A stretch of DNA of 32,000 nt from positions 1,080,001-1,112,000 of the forward strand of contig NZ_CP013011.1 of NCBI RefSeq assembly GCF_001412615.1. The letters run 5' to 3'. The position numbers and the translations under genes are program-made. The notes below the pieces were generated by a model that ran no database searches, had not been told where the DNA came from, and saw nothing but the letters and a program-made list of their open reading frames with translations. Positions 24,162 through 32,000 of the stretch are shown piece by piece. Numbering within the stretch: the first letter of the stretch is position 1; each line of letters begins with the position of its first letter. This stretch comes from Pyrodictium delaneyi (GTDB taxonomy: Archaea; Thermoproteota; Thermoprotei_A; Sulfolobales; Pyrodictiaceae).

Positions 24162-24515
24162 ATGACCCTAGCGGAGATAGTTTTCCAGAAGAAGAAGCTT
24201 GAAGAAAAGTATGGTGTAGAGGGTAAGGTTGCGGGCGCCTATGTAGAGGCAGGCTATGATGTGAGGATGGACTTTAACACGAGCAAGGGTAGACTCTCCT
24301 TTGTCGCGAAGAAGGGTGGCCAGCTCCTGGCAGTAGATGTGGTAACAGTGAGTAAGGTGCTGGGCAGAGATGTTGTAGAGGCGGTGGCAGAGAAGGCTAA
24401 GAGCATTAACGCCAAGCCTGTGCTGATACTCTATGGTGCAGGGCCGAGGCTATCCGACGAGGCCAGGGCTGCTGCAAAAGAACTCGGTGTGGAGATCAAA
24501 AGGGTACGTCCCTGA
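24162..24515 (+). CDS. Small restriction-endonuclease-like (Mrr-cat / PD-(D/E)xK fold-like) protein
   Basis: The pattern is E..GY.V......KG.L.FVAKKGGQLLAVDVVTVSK....V......A......PVLILYG.GP.LS.EA...A..LGVEI. The catalytic residues look degenerate. I place the start at ATG 24162 because the ORF track start at 24060 overlaps the divergent gene. Confidence 0.45.
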   Translation: MTLAEIVFQKKKLEEKYGVEGKVAGAYVEAGYDVRMDFNTSKGRLSFVAKKGGQLLAVDVVTVSKVLGRDVVEAVAEKAKSINAKPVLILYGAGPRLSDEARAAAKELGVEIKRVRP

Positions 24516-24528
24516 AATGGCTACTAGT

Positions 24529-25470
24529 CTATGAGAGGATTAGGGCTAGAACAGCTTTTTGTGCATGAAGACGGTTCTCGGCTTGGTCCCAGACAACGCT
24601 CCAGGGCCCTTCTATAACGTCCTCTGTGACTTCTTCGCCTCGGTGGGCGGGTAGACAGTGCATGAATATGGCATTATTAGATGCTAGCGACATTAGCTCT
24701 ACGTTCACTTGGTATCCCTGGAGGAGTCTTCTACGTTCATCTACTACAGACTCCTCACCCATGCTAACCCATACGTCTGTATATACTACGTCTGCGCCTT
24801 TGACAGCCTCTCTAGGGTCGCTAATGATCTCTATTGTAGCTCCGGTCTCTGCAGCAGTGGCCTTGGCAGCCTCAAGAACGTCTCTCCTTGGATAAAGCGC
24901 GGGCGGTGACGAGATTACTATGTGGCCTCCAAGCTTCGCAATAACTAGTAGAAGGCTATGCGCTACATTATTCCGCCCATCGCCTACGTACACAACTTTG
25001 ACGTTCTTGATGTCGCCCTTCTTCTCCTCTATAGTCATTGCGTCAGCTAGTGCTTGAAGAGGGTGTTCAAGGTCGCTGAGCATATTTATGACCGGTATTG
25101 TTGCATAGGCTGCCATTTCCTCCAGGCTTTCATGGCTAAATACCCTAGCCGCGATAGCATCTACATACCGGGAAAGTACACGTGCGGTATCCTTTACTGG
25201 CTCGCCGCGGCCTAGCTGGAGTTCGTCTCGCCGGAGAGGTAGAGGATGTGCACCGAGCTGTATAGCAGCTACCTCCATGCTGACGCGCGTCCTTGTACTA
25301 GGCTTCTCGAAAATTAACGCTATAGTCTTTCCGGCAAGAAGAGGTATAATGCGTTCCCCTGAGTAATAGCGGAGTTTTAGTTGTCTTGCAGTATCAAGTA
25401 CTAGCCTAACCTCCTCTGGGGATAGATCACGAATAGACAGTAGATCGCGGCCAGAAAGCGGGTTCGTCAA
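24529..25470 (-). CDS. argF: Ornithine carbamoyltransferase
   Basis: It carries STRTR, HPLQ, DVWVSMG and HCLP motifs. The TTG start is preceded by AAGGAG. Confidence 0.93.
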   Translation of the reverse strand: MTNPLSGRDLLSIRDLSPEEVRLVLDTARQLKLRYYSGERIIPLLAGKTIALIFEKPSTRTRVSMEVAAIQLGAHPLPLRRDELQLGRGEPVKDTARVLSRYVDAIAARVFSHESLEEMAAYATIPVINMLSDLEHPLQALADAMTIEEKKGDIKNVKVVYVGDGRNNVAHSLLLVIAKLGGHIVISSPPALYPRRDVLEAAKATAAETGATIEIISDPREAVKGADVVYTDVWVSMGEESVVDERRRLLQGYQVNVELMSLASNNAIFMHCLPAHRGEEVTEDVIEGPWSVVWDQAENRLHAQKAVLALILS

Positions 25471-25552
25471 TTCTCCTTAACACCGTAGTGTAACGGGCAT
25501 ATTCCTGTGGGATAATAGTGTAGCCGCAGGCGCTGGATAGGACTTGAAGTGC

Positions 25553-25613
25553 TCAGTCCATGGGAGTTTCTTCATCCCTCTGAGCATGGTCGGAGACCGC
25601 TCATCCACATCAC
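25553..25613 (-). ncRNA. Weak C/D box-like sRNA candidate
   Basis: The minus strand reads GUGAUGU-12 nt-UCCG-15 nt-AUGAAGA-AACUCCCAUGGA-CUGA. The second half has exact 12-nt spacing. The first half and the terminal stem are poor. The C box overlaps the TGA stop of ORF 25610-26032. Confidence 0.3.
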
Positions 25614-26032
25614 TGCTGCTCTCTGGGCACTAGCCCCACTCCCTTACACTCGGCAACTGAAGCCTCCAATAACTTTGCAGTCTCCACTACGTCCTCAGGA
25701 CTTCTACACTTCAGCCATAAAATAGCCTCGTAGGATGCAGGTAGCGTCTGAAGACTGGCGGCAACAGGACGCGGGGGTACTAGGAGTATTAGACACGAGT
25801 TGTAGTGTGAAATCAGCCAGCCATTTCTCTCTCCGGCTATGCATTTTGAATCGTTACATAGCCTTCCTATAATTACGGGTATACAGTTGTAGAGTCTAGC
25901 TACATCAGCGGAAACAAGTCTAAACGATATATCATAAAGACAGTCGGTCAAGCAACTGTCACCCAGACCCATAGTACCTATGCTCCAAGAGGGCTTTCCT
26001 AGAGGCTTCATTTTACGTGTTGGCGCTATCAT
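25610..26032 (-). CDS. Hypothetical Cys-rich protein (doubtful ORF)
   Basis: This is the only ORF of at least 60 aa in a 760-bp gap. I recognise no family. The TATA position suggests that, if the gene is real, it starts at ATG 26011. Confidence 0.3.
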   Translation of the reverse strand: MIAPTRKMKPLGKPSWSIGTMGLGDSCLTDCLYDISFRLVSADVARLYNCIPVIIGRLCNDSKCIAGERNGWLISHYNSCLILLVPPRPVAASLQTLPASYEAILWLKCRSPEDVVETAKLLEASVAECKGVGLVPREQQ

Positions 26033-26050
26033 GAAGTTTGCGGAGTATAA

Positions 26051-26124
26051 TTCTAGGAATCTAGGAACTAAGTGGCGTTGCTTCGAGAGTAGGTATCTAA
26101 ACCCTCCCGAAATGTTCTAGGAAA
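26051..26124. promoter_or_regulatory. Three copies of TCTAGGAA in the intergenic region upstream of the heme O synthase gene
   Basis: TTCTAGGAATCTAGGAAC (26051-26068) is a tandem pair, and GTTCTAGGAAA (26114-26124) is a third copy. All lie just downstream of AGTATAATT (26043-26051). Confidence 0.3.
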
Positions 26125-26231
26125 CTCGGGTTAAACGGGTTAGGGCGAGCCCCATCACGTCGTATCATGGATATCGTGAAGTGGGTTGATATTACACAAG
26201 GCTACTACCCGGTTAAGGGGAATGATAATAC

Positions 26232-27161
26232 ATGGGTAGGCAGGATCCATCACTTAAGGCTAGCTATCTAGAGCCGCAAAGGAAGAGTCGAGGAAGCTTA
26301 ATCGCTGATGTTATGGCCTTAATAAAACTCCGTCAGACAACACTCCTAGTACTATCAATGTATGCGGCTTTCATACTCGGTGGCGGCCTCAATAGGCCAC
26401 TTACTGATCATCTTGCTGTACTACTGTTAGGTTACGCGTCTATCTCGGCAGTAACGGCTATCAACATGTATCTTGATAGAGATATAGACGCATTAATGCC
26501 TAGAACCAGTAATAGACCTCTAGCTAGTGGTAGGCTTGACTCCAGAGCAGTTCTAATAGTATCTTCGCTACTCTACACGGCTTCGCTAGTCCTCGCAAGC
26601 ATCTACATAAACATGTACTATAGTATTGCAATACTCATAGGTTTCGTCTTCGACATAATAGCCTACACTATTATGCTTAAGCGTAGAACACCTCTAAGCA
26701 TAGTTGCTGGTGCTGTGGCTGGTGGTGCACCATCACTTGGAGGGTGGGCAGCTGCAACTGGTGTAATTGACGTAAACGCGCTGTTACTCTCGCTTCTTGT
26801 TGTGGTCTGGGTTCCGGCGCACATATGGTTCCTGGCTACATACTATAAAGATGATTATAGAAAGGCTGCTGTTCCTATGTTGCCAGTAGTAGCGGACCCC
26901 AATGTAACGGCCATGGGTATAGGATTAGGTGCACTCATAATGGGCTATATTGTTGTAGGCTTATGGCTCAATGGTGTAATAGGAATAATACCGCTTGCTT
27001 ATGGCTTATTTGCAGCTTTACATATATTTGTTATGGCCGTAAACTATAGTTTCACGCATGGTGATGCAGCATACGCCAGAAAGGCGTTTAAGTTTAGCAA
27101 TATGCATCTTGGTGTATTATACCTCTTTATGGTGCTCGAAAAATTATTGCATTCATGTTAG
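26232..27161 (+). CDS. ctaB: Protoheme IX farnesyltransferase (heme O synthase), UbiA family
   Basis: The UbiA motif NMYLDRDIDALMPRT is present. There are about 8-9 TM helices, and the length of 309 aa is typical. Confidence 0.9.
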   Translation: MGRQDPSLKASYLEPQRKSRGSLIADVMALIKLRQTTLLVLSMYAAFILGGGLNRPLTDHLAVLLLGYASISAVTAINMYLDRDIDALMPRTSNRPLASGRLDSRAVLIVSSLLYTASLVLASIYINMYYSIAILIGFVFDIIAYTIMLKRRTPLSIVAGAVAGGAPSLGGWAAATGVIDVNALLLSLLVVVWVPAHIWFLATYYKDDYRKAAVPMLPVVADPNVTAMGIGLGALIMGYIVVGLWLNGVIGIIPLAYGLFAALHIFVMAVNYSFTHGDAAYARKAFKFSNMHLGVLYLFMVLEKLLHSC

Positions 27162-28204
27162 ACTAGAGAAGAGTAATCCCCCCATTCTCCAAGCACTTTT
27201 CTAGCTGTTTCTTTTGCATGTGATCCAGTAAACCTTAGCGAACCGTCTTTCTTTGGTAGTCCGAGCCTAGCTGTAGTCCAGCGTCTTCGAGGCATAGGTA
27301 GCCTTGAGCCTATTGGGTAGAATGTGGATGGCGATCGCAAACGGTTAGCCTCTTTTATGGCTGATATTACCGCCTCTACCTTATCTTCGAAGCTTTCCAG
27401 TCCGACAAGTCGGGACCTTACATCTATTGGATCGCCCTTCCAGTTTAAGCATGGTATGAGCTTGAAGTCATATGTTACGCGTATACGTGTACAACCTGCA
27501 CAGAATATGAAGTTGCCTACAGGACCTACAATCTCTACTTTTACCCCGTTATCCAGAATGAGTACGGGTCGGTTATGAAGGCCTATACGATACTTTATCT
27601 CAACTATACGGTTTTCGAGCTTCTCTAGTACACGCCAACGTGGTAGATGATGCTCGCGGAACCTCTTTACTGCCTTACCTACAGGATGTAATTCTATAAA
27701 CTGTACCGATGCATCTATTTCTGCAGCAAAGTCTATGATTTTGAGTATATCGTCCTCATTAATGTCCTTCAATATGACAAAATTTATTTTTATTGGTATT
27801 CCATATTCCCTTGCTATTTTTAAGTTGTTAATGACTCTGTCTAGTAATGATGACCCAGTTATAGCTCTAAAAGCCCTATCCGATAATGCATGTAGACTTA
27901 CATTTATGTGATCAATACCAGCTTCGGCGAGTCTGGGCAGATGATTATGTAGAAGCGAACCGTTAGTAGTTATTGAGACATAAGCGTTACCCAGACTCTT
28001 CATTGTGGATACTATTTCAGCCAGGTCGTTACGTATTGTAGGCTCTCCACCGGTCACCTTAAATGCACGTATGTCGAGACGGCGGGCAGCTTCTACAATA
28101 AGCTCTATCTCTTCGAGGGTCAACTCTCGCTGCGCGATATCCTGTTCTCGATACCCTTCCATATGGCAGAAGAAGCATGAGAAGTTACACCGTCCAGTAA
28201 CCAT
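27158..28204 (-). CDS. moaA: GTP 3-prime,8-cyclase MoaA (radical SAM)
   Basis: CNFSCFFCH is the CxxxCxxC radical SAM cluster. The C-terminal cluster FCAGCTRIRVTYDFKLIPC is also present. The conserved N-terminal IDRYGRPLTNLRV lies in frame upstream of ATG 28204, so the true start is probably near 28243 (see findings). Confidence 0.85.
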   Translation of the reverse strand: MVTGRCNFSCFFCHMEGYREQDIAQRELTLEEIELIVEAARRLDIRAFKVTGGEPTIRNDLAEIVSTMKSLGNAYVSITTNGSLLHNHLPRLAEAGIDHINVSLHALSDRAFRAITGSSLLDRVINNLKIAREYGIPIKINFVILKDINEDDILKIIDFAAEIDASVQFIELHPVGKAVKRFREHHLPRWRVLEKLENRIVEIKYRIGLHNRPVLILDNGVKVEIVGPVGNFIFCAGCTRIRVTYDFKLIPCLNWKGDPIDVRSRLVGLESFEDKVEAVISAIKEANRLRSPSTFYPIGSRLPMPRRRWTTARLGLPKKDGSLRFTGSHAKETARKVLGEWGDYSSLV

Positions 28205-28461
28205 GACTCTAAGGTTAGTTAATGGTCTCCCGTACCTATCTATAACCGGCGTAGCGGAGCCACCCGTGTGGCAGTGTATAGCTGTCAGCCTCGGACTATT
28301 ATTCGGCTCCTATTCTGTTCTATGCTCGTGTAGTATACGGCCCTAACCCATTATTACCGGAAGGCGGGCTACCCCTAGGTAGTTGGAGCAATAGAGGGCA
28401 GAAGGAAGCACAGCGAAGCAATTAGGTCATGACTTATAGCGACACTGGGGGTTAGGAAGCC

Positions 28462-28707
28462 TTGGAGAGGATGTATGAGAAAACATGTCCGCGATGCCGT
28501 ACACGCATGGAATATAGAGTTGAAATGGAGTTTGGAGAAAATGGTATGAGGCGTATACGCTATTATTACCGTTGTCCTCGATGTGGCTATCGTTTGCAAG
28601 ACTTGGTAATAGTTGTTAAGCGTGGCGATAATGGCGGTGTAATAGTTGAGCGCGAGGAATACATTGAGAGAAAAACTGAACGGAATAAAGCAGCTGTGAA
28701 CGCATAG
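28462..28707 (+). CDS. Small zinc-ribbon protein
   Basis: The pair CPRC...x28...CPRC is present. The start is TTG 28462 or ATG 28471, after CTTATAGC and GGAGAGG. The antisense ORF 28375-28773 looks spurious. Confidence 0.6.
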   Translation: MERMYEKTCPRCRTRMEYRVEMEFGENGMRRIRYYYRCPRCGYRLQDLVIVVKRGDNGGVIVEREEYIERKTERNKAAVNA

Positions 28708-28712
28708 TGAGG

Positions 28713-28717
28713 TTTTT
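28713..28717 (+). terminator. Oligo-T tract (T5) directly after the zinc-ribbon gene
   Basis: TTTTT begins 6 nt after the TAG stop. Oligo-T is the usual archaeal intrinsic termination signal. Confidence 0.45.
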
Positions 28718-28859
28718 AGAATTGAAATGTAGGTAGTCTCCTTAAACTTAGTTCCGGTTAACAACGAGAACATCAGTCATTCTTAAGTAGTGCTTTGCAA
28801 ACCGAGGCTCTGCATAGCCGGAGGTAGCTGCCTCTAAGCTGGGGGTTGAATAGATAGCC

Positions 28860-29483
28860 TTGTTGCGAAGGATACTAGAGAAGCTAGTGAAACCCTACCG
28901 CGAAATACTGCAATATGCTCGCATCTTAAACGCGCACAGCATAGCTAGGAGAATGTTTGTAACTAATAGCTTTGACGGCCTACTCTCCGGGCTAGGCGTT
29001 ATACTGGGTAGCTATCTTAGCGGTGCATCAAATCCTATAAACTATGTTGGTAGTGTTATAGGAGCATCGTTTTCAATGGGGTTCTTCAGTGGTGTGGTAG
29101 CAACGTATCTCTCTGAGCGTGCTGAGCGTCTGCAGGAGCTTAGAAAGACTGAGCGTGCAATGCTGCACCCACTACGCGGAAGTATATACGAAAAGGCAGC
29201 CAAAATAGTGCCGATATATGTAGCCTTATGGAGTGGTCTTGGCGCCATGTTGTTGCCGGTCATAGGTGTATCGCCCTTTATATTTGCGGAGATACTTAAA
29301 GCTGACGTATCGGTGACAGTACTCGTATATACATCTGCAGGGATAATGGTGGCTGAGCTGTTTACGCTCGGGGCCTATCTGGGCAAGATTAGTGGTGAAA
29401 ACATGTTTGTCAGTGGCGCGAGACTGGCGCTCATAGGGCTAGCAGCGGTACTATTCTTTACACTTGCATCAGTGATAATGTAA
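28860..29483 (+). CDS. VIT1/CCC1-like membrane protein (TIGR00267-like)
   Basis: The pattern FVTNSFDGLLSGLGVILGSY is followed by hydrophobic helices. The TTG start is preceded by GGGGGT. Confidence 0.65.
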   Translation: MLRRILEKLVKPYREILQYARILNAHSIARRMFVTNSFDGLLSGLGVILGSYLSGASNPINYVGSVIGASFSMGFFSGVVATYLSERAERLQELRKTERAMLHPLRGSIYEKAAKIVPIYVALWSGLGAMLLPVIGVSPFIFAEILKADVSVTVLVYTSAGIMVAELFTLGAYLGKISGENMFVSGARLALIGLAAVLFFTLASVIM

Positions 29484-29604
29484 TAATGTAGGCATAAACA
29501 AGGTGCTGTAGGGGCCTCGGGACAGCGAAGAGGTCATCAATGCTACAGAGCCCTAAAGGGCTTCTAGGCTCAGATCCGCCGGAACACCTCATCGGTGCCC
29601 GGGA

Positions 29605-30291
29605 TTGGAGTGTAGAAAGGCTTTGGAGGATAAGTGTTTAAGAAACAACTGGTGCCGCGAGCTAGTCAGGCTAGTAATAGCTGTTGAGGGTAAGGACGAG
29701 TCACATGGATATCCTCACACCTTGCGTGTACTCTGTAGAGCGCTAAAACTGGCTGAAGGCAAAAATGTAGACTACAAGGTCTTAATAGCGTCTGTGCTCT
29801 TGCATGATATAGGCAGGCCCTTTGAAAACGAGACAGGTGTGCATCATGCTGTTCTCTCAGCGTTCATCGCTAGACTAGTGCTGCCGGGCCTTGGTTTTAG
29901 CCCTGAAGAGGTGGCTCATGTAGAGAAAGCTATACTCGAGCACAGCTTCAGCCTTGCATCATCTAGGCCGGATGTAAAAAGCAGTAATAAATCTAGCATA
30001 GAGTCGTGCATACTTAGCGATGCTGACAAGCTTGACGCCCTAGGTGCAATAGGGATCTATAGGCTCGTAGAGACCTCAGCTCAGCGTAGTCGTAACATGC
30101 ATGATACACTCGGCCACTATCACGAGAAGCTTTCAAAGCTTCCACAGCTCATGTGCACTGAGGAGGCACGTAGAGAGGCAGAAATACTTCTAGAGAGGCT
30201 CAAGAGGTTCGTAAACTGGCTCTACGAGGAGACCAGAGAATATGCAGACCTAGTAAATGTGGTGGATAAGGCTTTTCCCCTACACGGGTAA
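29605..30291 (+). CDS. HD-domain metal-dependent phosphohydrolase
   Basis: The motifs HGYPHTLRV and LLHDIGRP form the H...HD signature. A downstream DADKLD motif is also present. Confidence 0.8.
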   Translation: MECRKALEDKCLRNNWCRELVRLVIAVEGKDESHGYPHTLRVLCRALKLAEGKNVDYKVLIASVLLHDIGRPFENETGVHHAVLSAFIARLVLPGLGFSPEEVAHVEKAILEHSFSLASSRPDVKSSNKSSIESCILSDADKLDALGAIGIYRLVETSAQRSRNMHDTLGHYHEKLSKLPQLMCTEEARREAEILLERLKRFVNWLYEETREYADLVNVVDKAFPLHG

Positions 30292-30337
30292 CAGGAACAA
30301 TGATTAGGAGTCATAGAGTAGGGCCTGGTGGGTAAGA

Positions 30338-31624
30338 GTGGCTAAACGTCTCATATTAATCATACTAGATGGTGCAGCAGATAGGCCAGTAGACGGTAAG
30401 ACTCCACTCTCCGAGGCAGAGACGCCGGGTCTCGACCGGCTAGCTCGGAACGCGGTATGCGGGTTTCACTATCCAGTAGCTCCAGGCATAGCTCCCGAAA
30501 GCGACCTTGCAACTATATCGCTGCTTGGTTACATGCCGGAAAAGTACTACACCGGGCGGGGACCTCTCGAAGCACTTGGCATAGGCCTAGCCCTCAAGCA
30601 GGGGTACGAGGTAGCATTCCGTGCCAATTTCGCTACAATCGATCCAGCTACCCGGCGGATAATAGACCGTAGGGTTGGCAGGAGCCTAGCAAGCAATGAG
30701 GCTAAAGAGCTGGCACGTGCGCTTGACGGGATGCAGCTCAGTAGTGACGGCTATGCTAGGGTTGAAGCGACAATAGGCCACCGAGCAGTAGTGATAATTG
30801 GGAGCGAGAGTAGTAGACTAAGCGCAGCTGTATCAAACATTGATCCAGCGTACGTTCGCAAAGGGCTAATCTCGGAGGCTGTAAAGAATCCGGACATGAC
30901 TTTGCCAAGGTGTAAACCCCTCGATGATTCCGAAGAGGCACGCAGAACATGTCGGATGGTTGATGAGTTCGTGGAGAAGGCTATAGAGATTCTCGATAAT
31001 CATCCAGTTAACATCGAACGTAGTAAAAAAGGTCTTTTGAAGGCTAACGCTATCCTCCTACGGGATGCTGGAGATAGGCTACCCGAGATGCCGCCTATTT
31101 CTGAGCAGCTAGGGCTATCGCCAGCGGCCGCAGTAGCCGAGATGCCGGTCGAAATAGGCATAGCTAAGGCAGCTGGCATGAAGGCTTACACCGTATCGCC
31201 TCCCTCAGGAGACCTAGCTCGCGATCTCCCTGAGAGGCTCGAGGCGGTGCTAAAGGCTCTTAGCGATGATAGCCGCTTCATATACGTGCATTTGAAGGGG
31301 CCTGACGAGCCTGGGCACGATGGCAGTTTCGAGGGCAAAAAGAGGGCGATAGAACTAATAGATAAGTATTTCATAGTACCGTTACTGGATAAAATAGACC
31401 TGGAAGAGACAGCAATACTAGTAACATCAGATCATGCTACACCATGGAGCCTCAAGAGCCACAGTGGTGATCCGGTGCCCTGGATGCTCAGCTGGGGTAA
31501 GATACCCGATGGGCCCAAAAAGTTTAGCGAAATAGCTTGCAAGGAGTATGGTGGACAAATACTTGAGCATGGCTGGCTGCTGCTCCCCTATGTGATTGAG
31601 TTTATCAAGAAGAGGGCTCAGTAG
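30338..31624 (+). CDS. apgM: 2,3-bisphosphoglycerate-independent phosphoglycerate mutase, archaeal type
   Basis: The N-terminal LIILDGAADRP and the VTSDHATP motif are present. The length is 428 aa. The GTG start is preceded by GGTGGGT. Confidence 0.92.
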   Translation: MAKRLILIILDGAADRPVDGKTPLSEAETPGLDRLARNAVCGFHYPVAPGIAPESDLATISLLGYMPEKYYTGRGPLEALGIGLALKQGYEVAFRANFATIDPATRRIIDRRVGRSLASNEAKELARALDGMQLSSDGYARVEATIGHRAVVIIGSESSRLSAAVSNIDPAYVRKGLISEAVKNPDMTLPRCKPLDDSEEARRTCRMVDEFVEKAIEILDNHPVNIERSKKGLLKANAILLRDAGDRLPEMPPISEQLGLSPAAAVAEMPVEIGIAKAAGMKAYTVSPPSGDLARDLPERLEAVLKALSDDSRFIYVHLKGPDEPGHDGSFEGKKRAIELIDKYFIVPLLDKIDLEETAILVTSDHATPWSLKSHSGDPVPWMLSWGKIPDGPKKFSEIACKEYGGQILEHGWLLLPYVIEFIKKRAQ

Positions 31625-31646
31625 CGCCCGAAGCGTCATCACCCTC
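31612..31646 (-). ncRNA. K-turn-type (C/D motif) hairpin candidate overlapping the apgM stop codon
   Basis: The minus strand reads GAGGG-UGAUGA-CGCUUCGGGCGCUA-CUGA-G-CCCUC. A 5-bp closing stem flanks a perfect UGAUGA and CUGA, with a small inner hairpin. Read on the plus strand, it is a simple hairpin around the stop codon. Confidence 0.3.
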
Positions 31647-31915
31647 ACACACTAGAGGGCTATGCAGAACGCAGTAACCCCTTCTTTCAGCTCCGGTCCA
31701 CTTCAGCACGGCCCAAGAAGTTTAGAAGCCGTGCTAGAGGTAATAACTATCATTCTACGAACGCAGATCATGCAGAGGCCTAACATAATAGCCATATCAT
31801 GGCTTGTTTAATAGCTGGGCGATGAAGACCCCGAAGATAGGGGAGGAGCTTTGCCGATGGCCGGGGCCTTCCTAGCAGAGCCCCCTAGGCTACGCTAAAC
31901 TCAACTGTGCCAAGT

Positions 31916-32000
31916 CTAGCCATTTCCTGTAAACATGCTAGATAGTCTTCGTCGCTTGAAGCTCTCTTGATACATCTCGAAATCTCCTTCAACCTCCAGT
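31916..32000 (-). CDS. C-terminal 27 codons of an unidentified gene entering from the right edge
   Basis: The open frame ..LEVEGDFEMYQESFKRRRLSSMFTGNG ends at TAG (31916-31918). It is too short to identify. Confidence 0.25.
   Translation of the reverse strand, partial: LEVEGDFEMYQESFKRRRLSSMFTGNG

Noticed and set aside
29469-29540. Minus-strand UUGAUGA with a CUGA 61 nt downstream.
   Set aside because: The spacing is too long for a C/D sRNA, there are no internal boxes, and the D box lies inside the VIT-like coding sequence.
1-32000. Searched by eye for CRISPR-like regularly spaced repeats, long terminal or inverted repeats, transposase or integrase genes, tRNA T-loop motifs (GGTTCRAATCC) and rRNA.
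   Set aside because: None was found. The only repeats seen are short promoter-region words and the TCTAGGAA triplet, reported separately.

Overview
This window reads as chromosomal DNA from a hyperthermophilic crenarchaeon, Desulfurococcales-like by gene content and roughly 50 percent GC by eye. It is densely packed with about 45 protein genes on both strands. Many have TATA-like boxes about 25 nt upstream of leaderless or short-leader starts, and GTG/TTG starts preceded by GGTG-type Shine-Dalgarno motifs are frequent.

Recognisable housekeeping genes:
- Translation and RNA: NMD3 (partial), aRF1, AlaX-type editing protein.
- DNA repair: Nre.
- Cofactor and metabolism: NAD kinase-like protein and archaeal NMN adenylyltransferase (divergent pair), MoaA, ornithine carbamoyltransferase, heme O synthase, archaeal cofactor-independent phosphoglycerate mutase, adenosine-specific-kinase family protein, geranylgeranyl-reductase-like flavoprotein.
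- Envelope, membrane and division: oligosaccharyltransferase AglB, an ESCRT-III/CdvB-like paralog, M50 site-2 protease, VIT1/CCC1-like membrane protein.
- Other: DUF2258-like protein, HD hydrolase.

I found no rRNA, tRNA, CRISPR array, transposase or integrase.

What the protein genes do not explain:
1. Several GC-rich or K-turn-type small RNA candidates in intergenic DNA. The best is a canonical C/D box sRNA at 12893-12960 on the minus strand.
2. A cluster of uncharacterised small proteins at 5.6-9.4 kb. It shares a recurring four-cysteine CP[WFY]x...C...C...C[PQ][FV][FY] module, sitting beside wHTH/HTH regulators and an HExxH membrane protein.
3. A 3-TM PQ-loop/LAB_N-like mini-protein translationally coupled to aglB.
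4. A MoaA whose conserved N-terminus lies upstream of any canonical start codon.
5. Variant NIKS and YxCxxxF motifs in aRF1.
6. An AT-richer, gene-poor stretch at 12.9-14.5 kb next to a double-wHTH protein.

No finding is backed by database searches. All family assignments rest on motifs read by eye and on memory of the families.
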